A stretch of DNA of 64,000 nt. It comes from Lepidodermella squamata (taxonomy: Eukaryota > Animalia > Gastrotricha). Below, in pieces: positions 50,406-60,899 of the stretch (positions are counted from its first letter, which is position 1; every line of letters begins with the position of its first letter). The notes below the pieces were generated by a model. That model was not told the origin of the DNA. It ran no database searches and saw nothing but the letters and a program-made list of their open reading frames with translations. The translations under genes were made by a program, and so were the position numbers. Location of the stretch: NCBI GenBank assembly GCA_047495785.1, contig JBLDXI010000020.1, positions 2,418,001 through 2,482,000 on the forward strand. Reading direction: 5' to 3'.

Positions 50406-52715
50406 ATGGACGGATACTACAGACCCTATGGGTCCAGCCATGTCGGGTATATACATCAAGTTTGTGTAATCTTCACGCTTAATGCCTTTTTATTACTTGC
50501 AGTCAACCCATCTACCCGCAATCTCTCTATGCTTGTCCGCAGCAACAATCTACTCCTGTTCCACAGCATCATCCTATCGGCTTTAATGTGCCATTCTATC
50601 AGCAGTCTCAGCAATATAGTGATTCTGATGGCAACGACGCATCTGATGATGCTGACAGTAGTCACGACGCAGAGAACGACGCGCCTAACTTTCCTGTCGT
50701 AACCGGCAAGATCATCAACAAAGGAAAATGGACGAAACAGGAGGATGAGAAAATGAAGGAGTTAGTTGAAATTCACAAGCAAGACTGGCGAGTGATAGCG
50801 AGTTTCTTCCACGATCGTTCCGAATCGCAGTGTCAGCGGCGGTGGACCAAGGTCTTGGACCCCGAGTTAATAAAAGGGGCTTGGACGAAAGAAGTAAGTT
50901 GTGAGTTGTCCACGTTGATACCATATATATTTTTTACCGATTACAGGAGGATGATAAAGTCATGCAGCTGGTTATGCAGTATGGTCCAAAGAAGTGGACT
51001 GTGATATCGTCTTTTCTGAAAGGTCGAACAGGAAAGCAATGCCGCGAACGGTATGTATCTCCTAAATTATTATAGAATATCAAAACAACCGTTCCTTTTT
51101 ATAGGTGGCACAATCATCTTAATCCTGACGTGAATAAAAGTGCATGGACTGAAGAAGAGGATCGGAAAATTTACGAATTGCACAAAGTGATGGGCAATAA
51201 GTGGGCTGAAATCGCCAAGTGTTTGCCTGGCAGGACGGACAACGCTATCAAGAATCACTGGAATTCGACAATCAAAAAGAAGGCTCATCTCTTTGAGCAA
51301 CGTACCCACAACAGTGTGCCGAATACCGCCACTGGCCCCGCGCAATTTCCTACAGAACAGCCTAATCGACCCTTCAGTGACCGTCCATCTAATTCCCTGC
51401 TTACTCCTCATGTTTACGACCGCGCTGGATTCTTTCAAAACTATACCCCCGATCCTCAAAGGCCTATTTATCCGACTAACTTCCAGCATGAAATGTTTCA
51501 CACTCCAGTAAGTTGGGTTTATTTTACTAATTGATAATCGTTAACCTTTGTATTTAATAGTGCCCTCTTCCTACGCTATACCCGATGAGGCCAACGCCGC
51601 CGTCAAGCAGTGAAGTGAATTTGTCTTCCAAGTTCTGTGTATTCGAAGAGTCTGGAAAAGCACCGATGTCTAGAACAAACCCGAACTCGGTATCTGCTCA
51701 ACAACTAGCTAGCTCTTTAGCATGTGAATTCAAAACGCCGTCTGTCAACAATCTTCAGATGACTCCTATGTCGATCAGCAGCAGAGTGACCCCAAAGCAA
51801 GAGCCAAGAACCACCCCAATTCAACCAATTAGCCGCCCAACATCGTCAATTCCTATTTCTCCTCTGGTTTCAACCAAAAAAGCACTAACTCCAGTATGCA
51901 ACGTGAAATGTGAGGCTGTTGAAGAGGAGGGAGAAGAAACTGAGTTGAAGATAACCCCAGACGATACTGCGGAGTTGTCGAAAACCGAACCAGCTGGTTT
52001 TATCGACCTCGCCTCGCCTCAATTAGCGCGTTACCGGACTCCTAACATTTTGCGACACGGGCGGAGGCGGCGAAACAGCAGTGGAAATCACACAGCATCT
52101 GCCAGTTTCGCCGACTCTTCTGTCACCAAAACGCCGAGGACTGCTAACAATGGACCGAGATACACGTCAACCCCGGCTACTGGATTGTTCACTAAAGACG
52201 AAAGTGTTATGCTAAGGACTCCTTTACGCGCCGCTTTTCGAGCGATTGATAATGAAGTTGCGGAAATTACTACTCCATCGCCTCTGAAACGTGATTTAGA
52301 GAATCTTGGCGCGAATTGTTCTCGATCAGCTCGCCGTCAGTTGATTTCCGGCGAGGAGTCAAAGCCGAGCAGCCAAACTTCAAGCGGCATGTTTTCTTCG
52401 AACGTGTCTCAACCGGGCGAGGGTTTGATGGTGCCGAGTGATTCAGCGATGAGTGTTGAGGAGAGCGGAACCCCGAGTAAATCGTTGCTGGAACACGATT
52501 CTGGGGCTCATTTGTTGTTATCGCCGCTCTACCTAGCGAAAGAGGAAGGATTTGTATGTGCTGATGGCTTGATTTCCTCGCAGCATTTCGGCGACGAGAA
52601 TCGCCGCGATGAAAACAACGGCTCGTTCGACGAAAATTGGTGGCAACCTGTTGGCAGTGAAGTTAAAACGCCGTCAAAAACCAGCCCGTTCAAGCCTCGG
52701 GCGCTTTTTATGTAG
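50406..52715 (+). CDS. MYB: Three-repeat (R1R2R3) Myb transcription factor, multi-exon
   Basis: KGKWTKQEDEK..W..IA..F.DRS..QC..RW.KVLDPELIKGAWTKE|EDD...YGPKKW..I...LKGRTGKQCRER|WHNHLNPDV.KSAWTEEED...GNKWAEIAK.LPGRTDNAIKNHWNST, then a TP/SP-rich C-terminus ending RALFM. Confidence 0.95.
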
Positions 52716-53472
52716 AGAATGAGCGAGAGAATGAATCTATTAATCAACATATATCTTGTGCACTTAATTATATTAATTTCAATATTATCTTGTTGCTTTG
52801 TGCATTTTAGCAACTGAAAGGTAGACTTCGGAAAATTCATAATGAAAAATTAATGTGCATTTTTTGTTATCGATATTTATATTTACCTACCTTAAAAACC
52901 GCGTTCGCTGTGCAGAAGTTTGAACGCTGAAGTGTGTAAATATGCGACAAATAACTTTTTATTTCTAACGGTATCGTATAATCTACCTTCATTTTGTTTC
53001 GGTTTTTTGTAAAGTGAGAAAATCGCATGTTTTTTTTCTGATATAACGTAATCGTGTTTACTTGAGCCGCGTCAAAAATTTTGCTTTTTTTCTATGTTAT
53101 TTACCTGTTTCAATCAGCGAGTCATTGTGTACTATATAATTATCGTATGCTATCTAATCATCGCTTTTCAATCCTTAGTCTTTTCAATTTTTTTCCCGTC
53201 GCGTCGACTAATCCCGATCATGCGTTACTATCTCTTTCGCTTTTTTTGTGTTTTTTTTCTGGCTGTCATAACACGAGCCGTAACATAACCGATTACAGTC
53301 GATAATAAAGTCGCGTTTTTGCTAGGTTCTCTCTTTGTATGAATTTTTTTCGCGGCTAGTTGATGAATAATAGATGAGGCATTCGGGTAACCAACAACCA
53401 GTCGAGGGGTAAAGGCGTATCGATTGTTACAAGAATAAATTTCACAATTCGCAAACAGAAACAAACGAAAAA

Positions 53473-55142
53473 ATGTGGCCAAGTTGTGCCATTTTAGTAG
53501 CCTTATTCATTGTCCCATCCGCATCGGAAAGCGAATACGAGAGATGCGGAAGGCTGGTGAACGAACGATTGGCCCAGTTCAAAGACCGCGAGGTGCTGAT
53601 ACCCCCGAAAACACCGACTAAAGTTCAAACTGGATTAGCAGTGGTCATGGTTAAGGGAATCGAGAGCGAGGAGCAGGTGATCATTCCACTTTAATTTCAC
53701 TCATAATTTCAAGAACAAATTTAATTCAGAAACTGGCAATAACCGTATTAGTCACGATGCAATGGGAGGATTGGCGAATCAAAACACTTGATCCCAACTG
53801 CAATAAGAAAAGTTGGAAATATGTTGTCGAAGCTACGCGTTATCTGCCGTGGTACCCGCATTTTACCATCGCAAATTCCGCAGATTTAGTCCTCAATGAA
53901 GACGGTTGGCGGTTCAGTCCATCGCTGATCTACGCAAATGGTACCGTGAAATGGGTTCAGGAATATCGACTCGAGGTAAATAGAACCTTTTTGAAGAAAA
54001 CGGGCAAATTATTGAAATTCGTGAAATTTCAGACCATCTGCATTCTCGACCTAGTTTTCTTCCCATTCGACATGCAATTCTGTAAAATCGACATCACCAG
54101 TCCTCATTACAGCATAGATACTCTGGAGTATGTAGTATTTAGCGATGACCGAGCTGTGGAACTCGTGTCAAGTACCTCTGATCTCGGGCCAGTTTGGAAG
54201 CTAATTGGTCAAACGTATGAAATCCTCGATGGATCACCTGGCATTGCGGTAAGACTTGAAATTATTGAAATTCTATAGTGAAATTATTTAAAACAATGGC
54301 TATAGTTTCAACTACAATTTCAACGACGACCAGCATTTTATCTCTGTGCCATAATGTTGCCAACGTAATTTTATTAAAAATGAAAAAAAATCGGCGATAC
54401 CGTTATAGAAAAATCTTTCAGACTGATCCTAAGCGTGATGACTGCCGCGACTTTTATCGTTACGCCATATTTCGAGGAAAAGGCCCAGTTGGCACAAACG
54501 CCACTTTTGGCTTACATGTTGCTCAACTTGGTATTTTATGAGTTCGGTGGGTATAATATAATCGAATAATAATCATAAATTAACGCTGCTCCCTGATTAG
54601 TTCCCGCCTCCTCGAATTCACAGCCCTATTTGATCGTATTCTTCACGATTCAGGTAGTAGTATCTTTGATTTTCTTTTGTAGCTTAGGTTTATCTGTTAA
54701 TTTCCTCAGAACTTTCTGGCCCTCGGCTGCTTCTTGGCTGTCTCGTTTCTTTTCCGTAAAGAAGTAAGCAATGACGAGAAAGCTGAAAAGCACGTGAAGC
54801 AGTTTGGAGAGGATGATGGCTACGACGAGAATAGGGTAAATCTATAATTTATTTATTATTTCCTTAGATTAATTCTAGTTTTTTCATCAGCGGCTCTTCG
54901 ATGATCCATCTGTGATAAACGGTTTGTTTTCTTCCACGAAACTTTATTATTGTTAAGATTTTATTTTTTCTCCTCCAGATTTTGTCTTCATCTGCTATTC
55001 GGCAACCGTTGCTGCGACTTACATTGCCACCTTCGTGTTTTTCATCATGGGCGCTGTTCAGCGTGGGGCCCTGGGTGTCTCCGAAGGTTACACCGCACCT
55101 AAAGTTGCATTGTTCACGTCTGATTCTGGTGATATGAAGTGA
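53473..55142 (+). CDS. Divergent pentameric ligand-gated (Cys-loop, nAChR-like) channel subunit, copy 1
   Basis: Signal peptide, W.D.RI, PWYP, NGTV.W, Cys-loop CILDLVFFPFDMQFC, pre-M1 QRRPAFY, and four TM segments across short exons. Confidence 0.88.
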
Positions 55143-55429
55143 CACCGAGAATGTCTTGGAACAGATTAGCCTATTTTTTTCGTTATTTAATGGCAAATTA
55201 AACTAAATAAATAAATTATTCACTACCCATGCAAGAAACCTGCGTTTTTTTTACATCGAGCCCTGTAACCAGCTTTGACAATGCATTCTTGTCGCCTGGC
55301 TGATAGGTGCCAACTGATCGATGCCATTGATCCAAGGCGTTATCATTCAGGCGGCGGCAGTTCGATCAATGTCGAATTTTTTAGCAGCTGACTAGAAACG
55401 TGTGGGGTATTCACAAAATTTAGTCGAAC

Positions 55430-57024
55430 ATGAAGTTCCCAATGTTTGCCATAATACTGGTAGCAGGATTTCTATGGCCGGCTCAGGCTGATATGACACT
55501 GGATGACTATCGGTACTGTTCAACCTTGATTAATAAAGCAATTGACAGCAGCAATACCTACATATTGATACCTCCGAAAATTCCGCTAACGGTATGGACG
55601 AAGTTGATTGTCAACACTTTGACTGGGATCGACGACGAACTTCAAATTCTGGCTGCTACCATCACGCTGCAGCTCACCTGGCAGAATCCTCAGTTGGCGC
55701 TTACGGATGCGACGTGCTTAGGAAATCCTGATTACAAGTACATCATCGATAAAGCTTTGTTCCTTGACTGGTTTCCCCACTTCATTATTGCTAACAACAA
55801 AGCTGTCATGTATCACGGTAAAGTCGTCAAGATTATTCAAATATTTTATTCATCAATTTTACGATGGCAGATGCTTGGGTCGACCATCCAGCCATCATCT
55901 ATTCCAATGGGACAGTCTTATGGCAGATAACTCTGGCTGCTGAGGTAAATAGAAAAAGAGGGAAAATATCAATGTTTCTTACATTTTTTCGCTGAAATTT
56001 AAGCTTGAGTGCATTCTGAATGTCGACCTATTTCCTTTCGGTATGTTTTTGCCCGTAATTACGACAGATTCTTATAATATTTGAATGTATCCAGACCATC
56101 AACAATGCAAAGTTGAGATAGTCTCAACACAGTATAACTCGGCGATCTTGAAACTGGCTGCGACCGACGCCGAGCGAGCAGTTCAGCTGTCGTTTTCACA
56201 GTCGGGAAAGGCTGCCGTCTGGGAAATAATCGGCCAAACTTATACCTTACCTTCAACAGGACACCCTGCTATAACCGTGAGTTGAAGTAATTCAAAATTA
56301 AACGGAAATACTTAGTTTTATCCCAGTTCAACCTTTTGCTGAAACGAAAAGCCAATTTTTACGTGATGTCGATAATACTGCCGCTTCTATCCCTCAACAT
56401 GTTGACTGTGATTGCTTAGTAAGTCTGCTGTATGAACGAGATCGATTCAGGTCAAATTTTTTCCACCCCGACTACAGTCTCTTGCCTCATGCTCAGCACG
56501 AGAAAATGTCGGCATCGCAAATTCCAGTGATGTGCTACTTCATTGTCAACGTTTTCATCTACGAATTCAGTCTGAATTTTCGAAATTTTTCGATAAAAAT
56601 TCTGATAATTTTCTTTGCAGTGCCGCCTAATGACAACCAACCATTCTTGAATATTTTCCTTATTATTCAAATGTTCTTAGCAGCGGTTTTGTCTGGGGTA
56701 GCTGCGTAAGTTTTGCTCGAATGTTGTTCGGATTTCTTGAAAAATGGTCTTTCCAGCTTCATCTTCAAGAACCAGAAAAGATGGAAAGAGCTGAAAGATT
56801 CTGGTCAAAACCTTGAAGAACTCCAGGCTCGATACAGAATGATGTTCTTATGCAGCCCGGCGAATGTCAACCGATTGGCTTTAATCGGCTACTGCACCAG
56901 CGTGCTTGCTTGCTGGTTGGCTACTGCCCTTTATCTGGCTTTGGGCTCCGCGCGACAACGCGCCACAATGAATCTGAACTATTTGCCCCCACTTGTTGTT
57001 GTCGATACGATTGAAAGCAAATGA
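55430..57024 (+). CDS. Divergent Cys-loop channel subunit, copy 2
   Basis: Signal peptide, GIDDELQIL, WFPH, spliced Cys-loop CILNVDLFPF|DHQQC, pre-M1 LKRKANFYV, M2 HEKMSASQ, and M4. Confidence 0.88.
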
Positions 57025-57099
57025 CAGTTGTTCTTATGATCACGTTGAAGCTTTTATGAACTATTTTTTCAAGGCGTTTTCAAATTTTAGAGACTAGCG

Positions 57100-58791
57100 A
57101 TGACTTCTTATATTTTGAAATTTATGGCGGTGCTTGCTCAAGTGCACCTTTCGATAGGAATAGATCCAACCTACCTCGATTGTGCCAACGCCATGAACCA
57201 GGTGGTCAAGACCGCAAAAGAAGTTATGATTATGGTCCCACCTGCGTGGAGATACGCACCCTTACCGGTCCAACTAAGGTTAGTTCTAATTTTCTTTCGA
57301 CGATCAAACAACTTTAAATTTTAAAACCCAGTGCCAAGTTGACGATCGTCGAGTTGCATGGCATCGATACCGACGAGCAAGCTCTTGGCATGACTGCAAT
57401 GTTGACGTTACAGTGGAATGACTTCCGTCTTGCGGCGAACAACAGCGGTACCTTTTTCGGCAAATTGTGCTCGACTTCCAACTTCTCAGATTGGCACTAC
57501 ACCGTCGAGGCAATCAATCGTTTGCCGTGGTACCCACAGTGGGTCATTTCTAACGGCGGGAAACAGTTTGTATTTGAAGTATTGAGCAACCATATTTTTT
57601 ATAAAATTCTTCGCATATCAGCGTTACGCTCCATGAGGCATGGGATTATTACCCTGGTAAGCTCAGGAACTCCTTAAAATTCCATTGATCTATTCCGTTT
57701 GCAGCCATGGTTCACGGAAATGGAGACGTTGAATGGCGAACGATTTATCGGATGAAAACTGAGTGCATCCAAGATGTCTTGTAAGTCGGATTTTCGAACT
57801 TGTAACCAGTGTCAAATGTCCCCAATTCAGCTATTTTCCGGCTGACGTTCAGCGCTGTAATGTCTCTATCACGTGGCCTACGCTTGACTACCGCACTCTT
57901 GAGGTGGGCAAACCAGACGACTCTAAAGCAGTTGTACTTCACGATCACGACAGTCTGAAGGCCTCACTGTGGCTTCTCGAAGGCCAGATGTTCCAACTTA
58001 GCGATTCAAACATTCCGAAAATCCAGTTTTGCCTGTTGCTTTCGCGCCGTTCCACTTATTATGTCCTCGCGATGATGGTTCCAACACTTCTAGTCAATCT
58101 TATGGTCGTCTGTGGCTTGCTACTACCACCGTTGGCGCCGAAAAAGGCTGTTGTCTTATTTGTAAGCTGCAGTCAAATAAATGTACAATGTGCATAAATA
58201 TTTTTCCCTTAGCTCAACTTGTCGACCGTTTTTCTCACAAGCATCGAATACTACGACTTTCTGCCAAGGACATCCGATGATACCAAGGCGCCTGTTGTCC
58301 TCTACTTTTTTGCTTGCCATAATATGCTGGCTGCCGTTACCACTGCTATATCCTGCGTCGTCTGCCGAAGTTAGTTCGTGACTGAAATTTTCACTAATTG
58401 GTGAACTGTTAATTGCAGTTGCTGAATTCCGCGAAAAACGTGAGGAATTTGAAGAAAAGCATGGCGGAAAGAAAAAGGGCGGGGCCCATGTGCCGCAATA
58501 TGACAAACCGGATGAAGCTCAGGAAAGCGGATGGGACCCTGGCACTCTGCTTTGCAGCTGCATGAATTCAGTAAATCCCCTTTTTTCCTTTTATTACGCT
58601 GTTGCAAGTTTGATTATTCTTAGCAAATGTCCCTCATGAAAATGAACGACACCGTCGCGTTCGCCTACCTTGGCATATGCGTCGTGAGCTACGTCATAAT
58701 ACTAGGATTCCTTTACGGCGGTTCCGCCAAGGTGATGTCAACCTTATGGACACAAGGCTATGAGAAGCTGGAGGTCGCCAGTGATCACTGA
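57100..58791 (+). CDS. Divergent Cys-loop channel subunit, copy 3
   Basis: Signal peptide, GIDTDEQAL, WNDFRL, PWYPQ, spliced Cys-loop CIQDVF|YFPADVQRC, pre-M1 LSRRSTYYV, and M1-M4. Confidence 0.87.
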
Positions 58792-58901
58792 AACTTCGAA
58801 TTTTATTATAAAAAATTTGAAAACTGTATTTCGTTACAATAAAAACTCTATTATTACTTCAGTTATACACCTGAGTTACATTTTATTCCTCAATATTCTA
58901 G

Positions 58902-60654
58902 ATGGATTATCAAATTAAAATGCAAACACTGCTGGCTTTTATTTACCTTCTGGCTCTGTTGAAATCGATTCATTGCAGCAGCGATGCTGCAGCTTTGTCG
59001 GCCAGTGATACGGAAAGTTACATCTACTGCGGCAATCTATTAGATACAGTGATTGGTGACCATTCGATCACAGCTGCATTCAAGGTCATTCAAGTTCCGC
59101 CGAATCTGCCAGACGTTACAGAAGTTGAAACCGAACTAACAATTCTACAATTTCACGTAAGTACTAAAACTTAGATTCAGTCAAGGACTTTATTTTGCTT
59201 CTTCGCAGGAAATAAGCGATGAGCAACTGTTTTCTGTTACGGCAACTGTGACGTTTAGCTGGGAAGATGGCCGGCTGAAGCTTGATGGTAAGCATTTATA
59301 AGGCCGGAAACTAAATAAATGCTTACCTTTTCTGTACTCAGATGACATTTGCAAGAATTCGAGCGCACAATTTACCTTGATTACCGCTCGTGCTCTGCCT
59401 TGGTATCCGCAGTTCACTGTATCAAACGGTCATGGAAAAGTTTTGCTGAGAGACGCTTGGCAGGTTGTTTCACGGCCAATCATTAATTTCGTGGGAAATT
59501 TGATGTTCCGTATTTAAGGCGAATCCTGCCATCCTCTACGCCGATGGCTATGTCACCTGGAAAGTATCGTTCGATTTCTTGACAGAATGTCCTTTGGATG
59601 TCTCACTTTTCCCGTTCGATGTCCAGGTATGTGACCCGTATACAAATCGCCGAATTATCTCTTTATCATATCTTTGTGTGAAGGAATGTTCCATCGACAT
59701 AACTGCTCCTCATTACGATAATGCTGTAAGTTAGCTTGCACTATTTGATCCGAATCAACCCCAATGTATCTTTCTAAAGATTATGCACTACTCATATGCA
59801 GAAAAAGCAGTGACAGCCGAGACTTCAAACAGCTTGAAGTCGCCTGTTTGGCAAGTCATCGGCCAAAGAACAACCACCGTCACAAAACAATTTCCTTCTG
59901 TGTCATTTCGAATGCTTGTCCAACGTCGACCTGGGTTTTACACCGTTTCACTGATTCTGCCTGTGGTTGTAGTTAACATCATAACGGTACCTTAGGACCT
60001 ATAATGATAGCGGCAGCTCTGTAGCTTTCTTTTTATTAGGCCTACACGTTCCTGCTGCCTGCTTACCAATACGAAAAAACTTCGACAGCTCAAGCTGCGG
60101 TGGTCGCCTACTTTTTTATCGAAGTCATGTTCTACGACTACGTCCCCATGTCCAGCGATTACATTCCTGGCCTCATCATTTTCCTAACTTTCCACGCATT
60201 TGCAGCAGTCAGTGCCTATTTGGTCGAATGTCGCTTGTAAGCTTTGTTATTTCTTTTTTTACAACGAAATATTATAAACGGAACTTCAGGATTCGTTTCA
60301 CCGAATACAAGGCTGAAGAGGAAGAGAGCGTTGAGCTCAAGGCTAAAGGATTAGTCAAGAAACACAACAAAATTGTGCCGTTCGACGCTCTAGATGCCGA
60401 GGTGGAGGAGAAAAAGAAGGGTCCTTTTGATGGCTTGTCACCTGAATACGTCAACGACTGGTGAGAAGATATAACTATTACACTAATTCATAATCCGATT
60501 CGTATTTCCTTTTTCTTTCAGGTGCCTGATCGGTTACTTGGTGGTTGTCCTTCTCAGCTACCTGATTTTCTTCATGTATCTCCCTCTGAAAGCAAGCACC
60601 CATCGTGCCGCCTTGTTGGGGTCTACATTCTCTGATGTACATGTTGAAAACTGA
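58902..60654 (+). CDS. Divergent Cys-loop channel subunit, copy 4
   Basis: Signal peptide (start 58902 or 58920), WEDGRL, PWYPQ, Cys-loop CPLDVSLFPFDVQ|EC, pre-M1 VQRRPGFY, M2 YEKTSTAQ. Confidence 0.88.
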
Positions 60655-60899
60655 ACTTTGAATCGATCGTCGTTTCTATCGCATATTTCTAAGCATCGAT
60701 TTAATAAAAAATGGGCTACCCTGTGTAGCGCATAAATTTTTCATAAATCCAAGGCGCTTTCTTTAACTGACATAAAGCATCACACCTGAATAAAAAAGTG
60801 TTGCTGGAAACGCCATAACATCTTTATGAGCGAGTTCAATACAATACAATAGGTAAAAACAATCGATGTCATAAAATGCATCAGAAAGATACACGTGAA

